Shown here: positions 11,875 through 25,900 of the stretch, piece by piece | Numbering within the stretch: position 1 is the stretch's first letter | Layout of the letters: the number at the start of each line of letters is the position of its first letter | NCBI GenBank assembly: GCA_028534125.1 | Contig: CM052817.1 | Coordinates: 23,066,001 to 23,130,000 of the forward strand | Direction: 5' to 3' | DNA: 64,000 bases | DNA from: Lama glama | Lineage: Eukaryota | Notes under the pieces: model-generated | The model's input: the letters and a program-made list of their open reading frames with translations, nothing else | The model's database searches: none | What the model was told of the DNA's origin: nothing | Made by a program: the position numbers and the translations under genes

Positions 11875-12962
11875 GCTTTGTTCCCCAGAAGCAGTGACTC
11901 CCCAGTAGCAGCAGTCACACCTAGTGTCCAGATGTTGGTTTCAATACCATTTTCTAGTAAGAAGAACTGAAGTTCCTTGAAGAAATAGCTCATTCTAAGA
12001 CTTGGTCAGGAAATATACAAAATGAGCCTGGAGCATCTGATAGTGTCGGAAAGTAAGAAAGTGGTAAGAAAAAAGAATGATAGGGGTGTGACAAAGGGGC
12101 ACAGGAAACTAACAGGACAAGTCAAGGAGCTCTCCTTGGTGAAAGTTGGAGTATTTTGAGTCACATAAAAATACAACAGCAGTATTAGATTATACCCAAA
12201 ATTTAAATAAATATCCATGTGTCCATACTGATATAAATAATGGACTGAATTAATACATATATGGAGGATAGATAAATCTCCAGTGTAGAAGAATGCCAAA
12301 TAAATTAACCCTTAGGGAGGTGAAGCGTATCTCCTTCGCCATAAGTGTAGAATACACATGGAGTTGCTTCCAAAACATACTGTATGGAAATTGAGGAAAA
12401 AAGAGTGATTCCAGTGGAGAAACCTGGAGACACTACCTCAACCAGAGAATCAAGATCAGTAGTGATAAGTCACTTTAGTATGTAACTTTGACATGATTTG
12501 ATGAGAATAGCACGTCCCTTCCATGGTGTTTCTCCCCAGAGCCATTAAGCTAGGTCTAATCAAGAAAAACACATGAACCATGTCCAAATTTAGAGAAATT
12601 CTTCTAAATACCCATCCAGGACTTCTCAAAAAGGGTAAAGACAATAAAAAACAAGGAAATCTAAGTAACTGTCACAGCCAAGAGAAGCCTAAGGAAATGT
12701 GACAGCTCAGTATAATGTGGTATTCTGGACGGACTCTTGAAGTAGAAAATGGATACTAGGTAAAGTAAGGAAATCTGAATTTTAAAAAAGACCTAAGCTA
12801 ATAATAATGTATCAGAATGTATTCATTAATTGTGAAGTGTATGCTGTACTGATATATGGTATTACTAACAGGGGAAACTGGATGTGGCGTATATGGGAAC
12901 TCTCTTTACTAACCTCTATTTTTCTGTAAGTCTATAATTATTATAAAATAAAAGTTAAAAAA
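11875..12962 (+). mobile_element. Old L1 3'UTR (L1MC/L1MD-like)
   Basis: CACACCTAGTGTCCAGATGTTGGTTTC, GGAAATATACAAAATGAGCCTGGAGCATCT and GGGGAAACTGGATG..ATATGGGAACTCTCT blocks. Ends AAATAAAAGTTAAAAAA. Confidence 0.85.
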
Positions 12963-13911
12963 GTAACAGGCAAATGATAGACATGGAGAAAGTATTTGTA
13001 AAACATATATATAGTAAAAACATGTACTTAGAGTATATAATTCTTACAACTTATTAAGAAGAGGAGAGTTAACTCATTTTTTGAGGAAACTTGGGGAACT
13101 ATAGAAGTATTTATCTTGATTGGAGAGGTTACAAGACTGCGTACATCTGTCAAAACTTATTGAACTGTTTAATTTGTAAAGATGGATTTCATTAAAGATC
13201 ATAGCTCAATAAACCTGTCTTCAGAAAAATGGAATTATAAATTTATTTATCTCAAAATTGCAGAAAAAAGTGAATTAAAAAACCTCAGGGGGCAAATAGA
13301 AATACCAACATGAATTCATAAATATCAATAACCACATTAAATTGAAGTGGTATAAAAACACCAATTAAGAGGTAAAAATTCTCAAATTAGATAAAAAAGC
13401 AAGACTCAAATGCTTTCTATAAAAATACTGCTTCAAACTTAAAGATATAAATTGTTTAAAAGTAAAATAATAAAATACACAGTACTAACTTTAATAAAAA
13501 TAAAGTTGAAAGATCTATATTAATGTCAAAGTAGATTTTATGATAAAATGTTACTAGAGATAAAAAGATTATTTTCATGATAATGAATGGATCAATTCAT
13601 AAGGAAGACATAAAAAGTATTTGTCTATGCACATAATAACATGAAAAAATTCTCAAAATTTATGTCAAGTGAAAAAAGGAAAAAATAATATTTATTACAC
13701 AGTCCCACTTATATAGCATTTTGGAGAGAAAAAATAATCTATAGTTAGAGCATTATCAGTGATTTTCTGGGTGTGGAAGTAAGAGTAAATCGGGAGGAAA
13801 AATGACAGAAGAGCAGAGGAATCTTTGTACGTGATGGATGTTTGTGTTGTCTTGTGATAATGTTTTCATGGCGCATATATACATCAAAATGTATCCAGTA
13901 ATACATTTTAG

Positions 13912-13957
<46 letters not shown>

Positions 13958-14020
13958 GTATGTTGTAAACCAGTTATTACTTAATAAAATTGTAAAAAAA
14001 AAATAAGTAAAAATCAATCA
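12963..14020 (+). mobile_element. Mosaic of old L1ME-type fragments (3' ends and ORF2 5' region)
   Basis: A-rich L1 composition. 3'-end blocks at about 13080-13220 and 13640-14000. Endonuclease-like region at about 13320-13640. Confidence 0.65.
13913..13950. repeat. (TA)19 microsatellite
   Basis: Perfect dinucleotide run. Confidence 0.98.
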
Positions 14021-14039
14021 ACTTGAAAAATTTACCCGA

Positions 14040-14300
14040 ACATACCCTTCTTCTCAAAACACCTCAGTGGTTTTTCATCTTGCTCAATATCATCAGAAAA
14101 TACTACGTTAGTAACATTCGGAAAGGATTTAGCTCTTTTCCAACCCTCTGAACACTTCCCTGGCCTTTCTCTCAATGCCACATTCTCTCTAGCCTCAGAA
14201 GACTTGTTTTGTGAACACAGCATGTGAATTCTTGTTTCACGAAATTTATCGTTGCTATGCTCTCTACCCATTATACTTACCCCTTGATGCTGTATGCCTT
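14040..14300 (+). mobile_element. LINE-2 remnant
   Basis: CTCAAAACACCTCAGTGGTTTTTCATC and pyrimidine-rich L2-like blocks. Confidence 0.45.
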
Positions 14301-15289
14301 TTACTCTTGAATCTAAAATTTCCTTTGATTTTCTAATATGCCATTATATAAAAACTATTATTTATCAATAACAAGTTTTTCTTTCCACTGGTTAAGGATT
14401 TGCATATTTTCTGCTTTACAATTTTAGGTAAAAACTTCCCAAAATGTAGTAGTTTCAACAGAGAGTCTTAGTTCTGTTTTTTATACATATGAATCTACTC
14501 TTTCACTCTTAATGAACTATGAATGTTGATTCAGTGTTCTATCATTAACTATTTGAAAAGAATCTTCAGATGTTTCTAGAATTAACCAAAGGCAAGTGCT
14601 AAATTCTATGGACAACATTTTATTATTCTACATACTAATAAATAGTATAATACTGAATCTTTGTGTTACTGAGTTCTGTAGTACATGTGTAAGATATTAT
14701 TTATGTTTAGATCCTAAAATTTATTTAAGATAATTGCATCAGAATTTTAAAACTAATGACTCCTCTGTTTCTTTTTGGTTTTCTTTTTATCTTGCTCTTC
14801 TGTGAGCATTTGCTACATTCACTAAAATCAATTGCATAGTTTTCCATTTGGAGTCTCACTGTACATAGTCTAGAATTTATCTGATTCCTGACAGTTGAAA
14901 TAAACACATGTTTAATAAATATTACTTACTATGCAACCTGCTTTGTAGTGTTTTCAAAAGACCTATTAAGTTTTTTCTGCTTTATAGTTTTCTTTGTGTC
15001 AAGTTCAGTACTTTATATCTCCAGGAAACATTCAATTTATTGACAGATTTAAAATTTGTTAGAAAAAAATATGCATAATGTTATAGTTTGTCATACATAT
15101 GACACATATGAATATGTATATAAGATATATAATATCCTTTTTCTCATCTGGAGATTTATACATGTAAATATATAATAGATATCATTTATATTTCTGTTAC
15201 ATAAATAAATAATTTACATAATTTATGATGTAATTACATACAATTTCTCCTAAATAATTTAAGCATACTATCAGTAATTGCATATTTAC

Positions 15290-15504
15290 ATTTGTTCATA
15301 GCTTTTTAATGTAAAATTTATATAAAATGAAATGCACAAAGCTTAAATGCATGTTCGATTGGTTTTGACAAATTCAGATATCTTTGATATCCAAATACCT
15401 ATCAAGATAAATAAAATTGCTGTCAATTCAGAAAGGTATCTGGCATCCCTTCCTGGTCAATCTCTGTTCTCATTCCCCAGAGGGAACCACTGTTCAGATT
15501 ATTC
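15290..15504 (-). mobile_element. L1ME-type 3' end
   Basis: AAATGCACAAAGCTTAAATG..TTTTGACAAAT...CCCTTCCTGGTCAATC..CCCCAGAGGGAACCACTGTTC. Confidence 0.75.
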
Positions 15505-17580
15505 TTCTCTGTTTCTTGTCTGATTTCTGTGCCTTAGACTTTCAATACTATGTTAAATGGATGTGCCAAGACTGGGCATCCTTTTCTTATTCCCGATTTT
15601 AGAGGAAAAGCTTTCAGCTTTTCACCATTGAGTATGATGTTAGTTGTGGGTTTTGCATAAATGGCCTTTATTATGTTGAAATATGTTCCCTCTGTACCTA
15701 TTTTGGTGAGAGTTTTTATCATGAATGGATGTTGAGTTTTGTCAAATGTTTTTGTGTGTCTATTTATATGACCTAGTGATTTGTATTCTTTCTTTTGTTG
15801 ATTCTTTTCTTTTGTGAGAATTGTACCTTCCTTACATCCCTGGAATTAATCCCACTTGATCATGGTATATGATCTTTTTAATATATTCTTGATTTCATTT
15901 TCACAATATTTTATTGGGGATTTTTGCATCTATACTCATTAGAGATACTGGCCTGTAATTTTCTTTCTTTGTAGTGTCTCTGTATGGTTATGATAACACA
16001 GAAATTGTGACTTTGTAGAATAAATTTGGGAATGTCCTAGCCTCTTCAATTTTTGGAGTAGTTTCAGAAGAATAGGTATTAGCTCTTCTTTATATGTTGG
16101 GTAGAATTTCTCTGTGAAGTTGTCTAGTCCTGAACTTTGTTTGCTGGGAATATTATTATTACAATTTCACTGCTAATGATCAGTTCATTGAGATTGTCTA
16201 TTTTTTCTTGATTCAGTCTTAGAATGTTGTTTGTTTCTAGAAATTTGTCCGTTTCTTTTGGGTTGTCCAATATGTTGGCATATAACTGTTCATAGCATTT
16301 CCTTATTTTTTTAAATTTCTGTGGTATTTGTTGTTGTCCTTCTCTTTCACTTCTAGTTTTGCTCATTTGGGTCCTCTTTTCTTGTTAATGAGTGTGGCTA
16401 ATGGTTTATCAATTTTATTTATCTTTTTAAAGAACCAGCTTTTCATTTTATTGATCTTTTCTATTTTTTTGTAATCATTTTATGTCCTCTCTGATCTTTA
16501 TATTTCCTTCCTTCTGCTGACTTTGGGATTTGTTTACTTTCCTTTTTCTAATTTCTTTAGTTGGAATGTTAGGTAGATTATTTGAGATTTTTCTTGTTTA
16601 TTGAGTCAGGCCTATATTGCTATGAACTTCCCTCTTAGGACAACTTTTGCTGCACGAAGTAGAATTTGGAAAGTTTTGTTTCCTTTTTATTTGTCTTGAG
16701 GTATTTTTCTGATTTCCTCTTTGATGTCTTCATTGACTTATTAAGTTTTTAGTGGCATGTGGTTTAGTATGCATGTGTTTGTGATTTTCCCATTTTTCAT
16801 CCTTTAACTGGTTTATAGTTTTATGGAAGTGTGGTCAGAAAAAATGCTTGGTATGACTTCTGTCTTATTAAATTTGTCAAAACTTGTTTTGTGGCTTCGC
16901 ATGTGATCTGTGCTCGAGAATGCTCTGTGTGCATTTGAAAAGAATCTGCATTCTGCTCTTTTGGGATAGAATGTTCTGTAGATATCTACTAAGTGCAACT
17001 GCTCTATTTAGGACCACTGTTGCATTACCGATTTTCTGTCTGGAAAATCTGTCCATTGATGTAAGTGGGGTTTTCAAAGTCCCCACTAGTATTTATTATT
17101 TTATTGTCAGTTTTTCCATTTATGTCTGTTAATATTTACTTTATACATTTTGGTGCTCCTCTATTGGGTATATATATATATATAATTAGTATAATATCCT
17201 CTTTTTATTTTGAATTCTTTGTCATTTTATAATGCCTTTCTTTGTCTTTTGTTATCAACTTTTTAAAAAAATCTATTTTGTCTTATATGAGTATTGCTAT
17301 CCATAATTTTTTGTTGTTTCCATTTGCAGGAAATATCTTTTTTCATCCCCTCATATTCCATCTTTGTATGTTTTTAGTTCAGAAGTGAGTAAGCAGCATA
17401 TAGATGAGTCTTCTTTTTTATCCAATCAGCCATTCTGTGTCTTCTGATTGGAGAACTAGTCCATTGACATTTAAAGTAATTATTCATAGGTATGTACTTA
17501 TTTCTACTTTATTACTTGTTTTTCAGTTGTTTTTGTAGTTCTTCCCTTTTCTTTCCTTTTTCATTTATTACTTTTCTTCT
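15505..17580 (-). mobile_element. L1 ORF2 internal fragment (endonuclease through N-terminal half of RT), pseudogenised
   Basis: [50 protein letters not shown] (15534-15722), YEQLYAN..DKFLE..LNQEKIDNLN (16124-16366), DIYRTFYPK..DHMRSHKTS..FSDHTSIKL (16813-16998). Confidence 0.95.
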
Positions 17581-17599
17581 GATTTTGCTTTTGATAATC

Positions 17600-18500
17600 T
17601 AGAAATGGAAATAGATTTGGCTTATCCCTAAGTCATGAAAATATTCATCTGTTTTTCTCTAAAAATACATATAGTTTAAATGTTTATGTTGAGGTTTATG
17701 ATTAATCTAAATTCAATTTTTGTGTATAATGTGATATGGGGCTAAGTTTTATTGTTTTTTCTGCGTGAATACCCAATTAATCCAGCACTATTTATTGAAA
17801 ACACATTTTTCCCCATTGGATTTTTGTGGCATATTTGTCAGAGATAAATTTACTCTATATATGTGATTATATTTATCAGGGAGATTGTAATGTACTTTTC
17901 TTTCCTCTTGATCTCACTTTCTTTTAGAATTTTTTTCTTAGAATTTAGTATTAAAGATATGCTGATTCATACAAAGAGTTGGAAAGTGTTCTTTCTTTCT
18001 TTATTTCCTGACACAGATTATGTAAGAGTTTTGTTATTTATGTCTTAAGCATTAGAATATACCAGTGAAACCATTTTGTGCCTGGAATTTTATTTGAGGG
18101 TAAGTTTCAAAATAAAAATTCAATTATTTAATAGATATTACCCTATGAATATGTTCATTCTGTGTCAATTTTGCTAAATTGTATTTTTAAATGGGCATAT
18201 CTTCTAATTCTTTTAATTTATTGGCATAAAAAGTGGCTAATAATAGACCTTTATTCTTTTAACATTTATCAGACCTGTGAAGGTACATTTTTGCAAGCAC
18301 GTCTCTTGAATTCCTGATATTGATAAATTTTATACTCTATTTTTTTTAATCTGTCTACCTAGAGGTTTAGTTTGCTTTCAGTCATGTTTATTAGTGTTTC
18401 AAAGAATCAACTTTTGGATTTATTAATTTTCTCTATTGTTTGTCTCTTTCTTTCTTCCAAGTTTTGTCTCACTTTCAGAATCTACTTGCTTCTGTTCACT
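17600..18500 (-). mobile_element. Old L1M (L1ME-like) ORF2 fragments
   Basis: CCAGCACTATTTATTGAAAA, ACCAGTGAAACCAT..TGCCTGGA and TTTCAAAGAATCAACTTTTGG blocks. Confidence 0.7.
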
Positions 18501-20284
18501 TTGAAGTGCCATAAGGTCATTCAATTTTTAGATTTTTCTCAAGAATTTACAGACATTATAGATGGGAGAGTTAGATCAAATAGGACCTTACTCAGCCATA
18601 CCAGAACTGAAAGCCAGAAATTAACATTTTGAAATTTTAAAAATAATATATTTCATGTGTAAAAGCCTGCAGTGGAATCTACATGTCATAGTATTTTGTC
18701 TCTATAATCTTGAAAAAGTACCCAAGTAAAGTTATATTAGTTTGTATTCTTCCAAGCATAATTTTCTTAGTGCACATGCAATGCTACACAACTGATAAAC
18801 TAAATACAGTGGATGAATGTTAACATATAATTATCAAAGAAAATATTTTTAGAATGCATTAAATAATCAGAGAAATAAAAGTATTATATTTATCCTATTT
18901 AGCTCACATATATGAATGAATAGTATTACTAGAATGAGGAAAGCTTAATCGTGTTATGTTCATTAATTTTGTACATGTGGATACAAACACTAAAATATTG
19001 TATTCACATAAATAAGTAGATTGGAATTGAAGTATCTTGCTATGGTGTTTATTACTTTATTTAAATTTTTCTGTTGTATGCCATAATCATATAAAATATA
19101 AAATATTTCAATGATTCTATTTAAATTTTGTTGAAATCCATAATTGTATATTCTCTAAGTTTCAAAATATTTTATTACCAAGGCATTGGTACAAGGTCAT
19201 TTTCTTCCTCACATTTTGAAGGCATATGTAAGAAGAGATATATTAAAACCTTATCCCATAGCTACGTATTAGACCAGTTACCCTTTAAATTAGAGACATC
19301 ATGTATAACCTAAAAATGCTGTGAAATTAAAATATTGTAATTTTAAATACTTCATTGTCAATATTTGATAAAGTATTTTTATTTTATTCCATATATGTTT
19401 TCAATATAATTTAATAATGAAATATTGTGGTTGTAATTAGTTTGTTTAATTCATAAAATCCACTTGTAAAACATGAATTTTCTTGCCAAACAAGCAAAAA
19501 CTCTGCCTTACTTTCCATTAGAAAATACTTGGTTTTATTATTAATGTTAACAAATACCATAATATTCATCTTTATGACAAACATTTGACTTCTGAATTCT
19601 AGTTCTCAGGATGTATGGCCATGAATTTGACATCTAGGTAATAATTATTTTTCATGGGCAGTATGTCTTTATTCTAATAAGGCTTTAGAAATGGAAAAGA
19701 TGAAAAGCCCTTCAGATTTTCTTTGTTCCTTGATTAAAGGTGTCTTTGCTCATGTTAATATTGTACTTTCTAATTTACTTCTTTGAGCACTTAAGACAGT
19801 AGGGCAACATGTTACAGTAAAATTCATTTGATTGGGAGATATACATCTTTCTTCTACATAGTGGAGTTAGGTGGTTGTGAAAGGTGAGGAAGGAAAGGAG
19901 ATTGTGCACTACTCCTCATTAACATACATTTTCTCAAGCATGTGCATTTTAGGGCGTGTTATAGCTTGGGATCAGTAATCTTAGAAATTCATTGCCTTAA
20001 GCAATCCATGCCCTGTGCTCCTTGAAAAGTTTTATACTCTGGGTCACATACCCTGATTGAAAGGCACACCTAGTCTTGATGAATTTAGCTTAGCTGAGGC
20101 ATCACATCTTATAAAAATATAGAGGTAATAGATGGGCAATAAGTGAGAAGGAATAGGGCTAAATTATAATTAAGGAAACATTTTGGGACATATCACAAAA
20201 GTAAATATATATATAAAATAACTACTATTTTTTTTCCATCATGGATGTTTAGCATTCATTAGAAAGCCTCTTTTATAAAGCTAC

Positions 20285-20440
20285 AATATGACTTTTGCCC
20301 ATTTTTTTCTATTCAGTTGTCTATTTTCCTCTTACTAATTTATAGGAGTATCTTATGTATTCTGGATAGGAGCATTTTGAGGGTTATACATGTTGGAAGT
20401 ATTTTATACCACAGTTGGTGGCCTCTTTTTTCATCACTTA
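20285..20440 (-). mobile_element. Small old L1 ORF2 3' fragment
   Basis: TTTTGCCCATTTTTTCTATT...TATAGGAGTATCTTATGTATTCTGGATA. Confidence 0.65.
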
Positions 20441-23400
20441 GGGATGGAAAAAAATACTTTACCCATATTTTCCATCCATATCAAGCCAGGACAAATATTC
20501 TACTTTTTATCTTTATAGCTATTAAGGTAAGCCTTTAACAAAAAGGGCACAAATAAAGCAACTGACTCTTTCATATGTCATTTTTACATGATTATCTTCC
20601 ATTCTCTTGTTTATTTCTCCAGGTCTGTTAGCCAGGATTTCATTTCTTCTACAGCTAAAATTTGCAAAACTCTTGCCAGCCGTTTAGTATACAAGAAAGG
20701 GCCAATGGATGTATTCTAACAGCTTATCTTTATATTAATGAAAGTATTCCCAAATATAAGACAAACTTACAAATCATTGATGTTTTTACTAAAGTAATGT
20801 TCTTTTACCAATGCAAATAAACTGCATATTAAGAATCTAGACACGCTTTGTAATATCTCTTTGCATTTCAAATTTTCTGTGACACTTAAGAAGGAATGTT
20901 TAAAATTAAGTTGTGTTTATTGGAAAGGGATCAATGAGTCATAGCAAATGTATACATTTTTCACTTAAATACTCTCTGCATGACCACTTAAACAATTCTT
21001 TCTTCCTCTGAATAGATTCATAATCATGACTGAGGTTTAATTCCAATAAAAGAAATTGGTTTATTGTTCAGTAAATGTGCACCATAAATGCAGAACCAAA
21101 AATATATCTAGCTAATCACAATATTTACTAGTGTCAGTGAGATTAAAATATTACATTTTTATTATCATGAAGTTGAAAATTATCCTTAAGGAAAGGCACA
21201 TCCTCAAAATGAATGAGGAAAATTATAGAGCTGGCATGAGCCTAAATTGAATGGATTCTTGATGTGACGATGTAAAAATCCCTTTCCAATTAAAATTTTA
21301 ATTTTCATTTAGTTCATGTAAGATCTGTCCTCATAAAAATGTTAGATTATTATCACTCATAGCAAGAGGTACATTACAGTTCTGTCCTTCTGATATTAGT
21401 AGTAGAATGCTCTTGAAGTCATATACCAGAACATGCTTTTAGTGATAGAATGCAATGCTAAAGAAGAAATGTATTCTTTGTTAGGTATATAAGAATAATG
21501 TTTTATCAAACTTATGAAGAAATATATCTGCCTAGAAAAACTTATAGTCAAAGAATTGACACATTGCATTTCTTGTAAATAACGCAGACTTTTACGAGTG
21601 TATTTGTGTGTGCACACATGTGCATGCTACTAAAAGAGACATGGCATGTAATTTTTAATTACATTTCATCAGCATCTGTAGTCAATAGCCAAAAACAAGA
21701 CCTAATAGAAAAGGAACTTTAAATGCCTTTGCATTATTGCCTAAGTGTTGAATTAAATCATGTGGATGACATCTGACATATCCGCCTTCTAGTGAGCATA
21801 TATAAAAATGCAAGACTGATTCATATGTTAAACATATGAACGGAAAGTTTTATTTGTCAGCTAGATACTCCAGGCTTTAGATCTGTGGATGAATCCTGAT
21901 ATTCAGTTCAGTTGTGCTGATTTGTACGGACGCTGCCAGTGTGTCTTTCTGTAGATTTCGATTCAAAACTATGTTTACTATTGACCCCTTTAATCCACAA
22001 TTTCCATTTTGTGCAGTACATTCAAGCTTTCATTAACTCTTGGTTATCTGGAGTGTTAATTTGTTCTGAGTTCAATACGTGAAAAAAAAATTTCTAAAGG
22101 TTTTTTTTATTCTTTAAATTAGAATTATATGAAAAAAGTGAGAATGACCAATATTACTATTTTAGTTAAATACTTGAAGTAAAAACTTAAAAATGATAGT
22201 TATTCAGATGTAGGGGTATAGAATAATAGAGTAAGAGTGGATCTTTGAGGTCAAATAGTTCTATTACTTTTAATCCTCCTTTGGTAAATAATAGAAGTTA
22301 ATAATGAATGTCTCAGTATGCAATTCTCACTGTCATTATTTTCATCTTGCTGTTGAAATTAATGTATAGTTTGTTTTTAATCCAATACTCTATTTTAAAA
22401 CATAATATCATATTTAGACTTTAACAAATAGCACATTATGTATCATTTTTAAATTGCCTATCACAGTGTTGTTATTTCTTCATAAAACAAAGCAGCAATT
22501 TATTATCTATAGGAGGTTTTCCACTTTGAGCATAAAATAGTCATAATTAGTGTGAGTTTATTTTCATTACTATCAGTAATGAACTCTATTTGTCAGGTAG
22601 TTCATTAAGAAAAGGAACTGAGGTTTCACCCCAAATGTCTACAAATGAATCTTATTTGTTGTGTTCTAGAATTACAGTCCTCTATCCACTCTGGGATTCC
22701 AGCAGAGCTGAGGAGCTCACACTGGTACATCAGTCACAGGAATCTTTAGAAATTGTATCTGTTTGATGATGCTAATCCATTTCAAAATAGATGTTCTAAA
22801 CATGATAAAAATGACTTTCAGACTCTATACCTCCGTGCCTCTCAAATCCAGATGTTTTCCTACTCTATAAAAACCCATACCGATAGACAAGGCCTGTAAA
22901 GGAATATCATTATCTGAAGAAAAGGGCAAAAGAGCATGCCACCTTAATTCACAAAGCACCTACCTGCATATCTACAGTCTTATTTGAGCCTCAAAAATAT
23001 TGTATGGGTTATTGATTGTGATTTTCCATTCAAGTTACATTGTAATTATTTTTTTAATAATTAGATACTTCACATATTTTACTTTGAAATACTCCCCCCT
23101 CCCCATTGACTCAGTATTCCTTCTTAGGAAGGTGACTATCGTTCATTCCACAGTTGACGTAAGAAAAAAAAAAGCAAGAAGTCATTTTCACATTAACATG
23201 TTGAGTTTTTTGCATGTTGGAAGTATTCTTTACAAAAACAGGGAAACTTATGTAATATCTAGAAGTTCTCAGCTGTAAATAGAACAATATTTATTTGGTA
23301 ATCTCTTGCTGTCTTCCCTATATAGGCAATGACTACTGAGACCTGGCACCGATGTTCAGAAAATACAACTATCAAAATGGTGACTTTTTGAATTAAATGT

Positions 23401-24844
23401 TTAGATTCCTCGGGAATCTTGGGATTTTGTAATATTATGCAACTAGCTAGATGTGTGGAATCATTTCATTGAATATATGTGAGTAATGCAGCCACCGTGT
23501 TGACTTAATAAGAAGGTTATCATTGCCAAAAGAGGTAATTCAACTCACTTTAATTACTTGGTTTCTAAAATATAAAAAAAAATGAAATAAAAACTCTAAG
23601 CACAATTTAACAAAAAAAGACTCATGCAAGTATACAGACAAACACACAACTTGAATATCTTATAAAATCCATATTTTGAAAAAATATTTTCTGTAATAAT
23701 ATTAAATATTAGTTAAAATTTGAAAGTACTTTTGATGATAAACTTGAATAGTAATATGTAATTTGAGAAGAGATTTCTATATGCAGTTCAAACTTAATTG
23801 GTTTTCACTATTGGAGTTCCCTATGTTTTCATTAATATTATTTTAATTAGGCTTGAGAGAAATGACATAGTATTTACTAATCAATTTTCTTATTCTCTAA
23901 GCTCTATATTTAAAAATTAGATCTATTTTTTCCCCAGGAATCTGAGCCCTACTAACAATTCTTAGCCTGGAGAAGAGGGCTCGAATTTGCATCTTACTTG
24001 CATATTCTTTCTACTTCCTTTTGTATTTCTGTCCCTCTCATATACACATATACACAAAGAGCAATCCAAGGACTGACAAGTTCTGTCTATCCCTTCAAAG
24101 TTTTCCTTTATTCTTTGAGTTTAGATTTAATACAATACTTAATGAATGTGTAAGAGTGGAGTCTCATCTATTAAGTACTATAGATATCTGTAATGGTGCA
24201 TAATTGTGTAGTTCCAGATTTGTCACTATATTCAAAAGTGTCTGGTATGAAAATAGACTTACTACAAGTTTGTGGTGTTCAACCATGTTCCCTGTAACAT
24301 GACTCAAGAGGATGATACAATATGTCATGTGAATAAAAATGTCTGTGATCCCATTTAAATATGGAACATATTGAATTTCACACACTTAAGCAGATTTTTA
24401 GAATTGGAAGACTTCTCAGAAAAGTCATCTCATAAAGCATACTGAAATGCTCTATGTATACATAAGGCTTTATTCATCTGCAGAAAATCTCTGGAGGCTG
24501 GTATGCAATACTGGAACACATTTTAGGAAAAAAACACAACTATACCACCTATGAGAATAAAGGCTATATGCTGCTTGACTTAACTTTCTCACTATTACGT
24601 AAATTCCAATTAATTATTTAATTATGTACCACAAATATTGTCTTGTTCAACCATCCATTTATTTTATTTTAGAGAATTCTTGCAATATTTCTTAATATTT
24701 TTCTATTTAATTATTATTTAAACTATGGGTATCACAAAGATGCATACAAGAAACAAAATGATAATTTGAAATATAATTTAATAGAAAGTAAGCAAAATCT
24801 CAAACTTTTTCTTTAAATTATTACATATTATCTTGTATTTATGA

Positions 24845-24965
24845 TGTTTTATAGTTTACAAAACACTACCACACATATTCATTTTACATGTCAAAATAAT
24901 TCCTTATAATTATTTTCATTTTGCAAATGAAGGAGCTGAGACTCAGTGAATAAAATTACTTTACT
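24845..24965 (-). mobile_element. MIR SINE remnant
   Basis: Core-like CATTTTGCAAATGAAGGAGCTGAGACTCAG. Confidence 0.65.
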
Positions 24966-25039
24966 TTGGCATTTTACAGATATCTGTTAGTGTTTATCAG
25001 TTAAGAACTTTTCCCTTTTCTTTTTTCTGTGCTTCTTTC

Positions 25040-25900
25040 AAGATATATAAAGTGCATCAGGATTCCTTCAATGAAAAATGAGATAAAATCAAGTCAAATT
25101 ATTTTAGCCAAAAGGAGATTTAGTGGTGTCAAGTAACTGAGAAGATCAGAAGTAGAAGGAAGTAGATATGGTTTAAATCATTGATGCAACAAAAAATATG
25201 GTGTATTAAGCCAGGGTCTCCAGAGGGACAGAACCAACAGAATGTGTGGAGACTCAAGGAAGAGTTGAAGTTCAAGTCCAAAGGAAGTTGGCTAGGAGAA
25301 TTCCTTCTTGTTCAGGAGTAGTTTATTTTTGTTTGCTTGTTTGTTTTCTATTAAGGCCCTCAACTGATTGGATAAGGCCCACCCTCATCCAATAGAGGTA
25401 ATTTGCTTTACTCAAAGTCTACTGATTTAAATGTTAATATCAAAATATACTTTCACAGAAACATCTAGAATAATGTTTGACCAAATATTTGGGCATTGTA
25501 GCCCAGCCAATTTGACACATAAAATTAACCATCATAAATTATTATCTTGTTTTTCTTCATCTCTTTGCCTATCTCTCTTTCTTTCTCTTTCTCTCTTTCT
25601 CTCTGTGCATCTCTATCTTAACACTCCTTCTCTATCTTCCAGTGAGCACAGAAATGCCTGTTTCTCCTTGCAAGTTGAAGAATTTTAAGAAAATGGGTGA
25701 ATTTCTTGTTTGGTGGCTTTACCAGATATTCTCAGAATCTTTGGACTGACTTAGTCCAACTTCTATAACAAATAACTGTGGCTATAAGGATGCAAAGCCT
25801 GATGATACTGGGTCTGGACCAGATATCTAAATGTTAACATTGGAATCTTTTGCTAGAACAAGGGAGGTACCCAGCAAAAGTCTAATCTGTGTCACTCCCA
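25040..25900 (-). mobile_element. Old MaLR LTR (MLT1K/L-like), split by an MLT2
   Basis: TTAGCCAAAAGGAGATTTAGTGG..AAGTAACTGAGAAG before, and AATAACTGTGGCTATAAGGATG after, the MLT2. Confidence 0.45.
25202..25536 (-). mobile_element. MLT2-family (ERVL) solo LTR, internally shortened
   Basis: TGTATTAAGCCAGGGTCTCCAGAGGGACAGAACCAACAG ... CAACTGATTGGATAAGGCCCACC ... TTGACACATAAAATTAACCATCATA. Confidence 0.9.

Noticed and set aside
15534..17086. RT/endonuclease ORFs as a novel retro-system
   Set aside because: Ordinary L1 ORF2 pieces broken by stops and frameshifts.
22038..22050. TCTTGGTTATCTG resembling miR-9
   Set aside because: Lacks one seed T, diverges afterwards and has no complementary arm.
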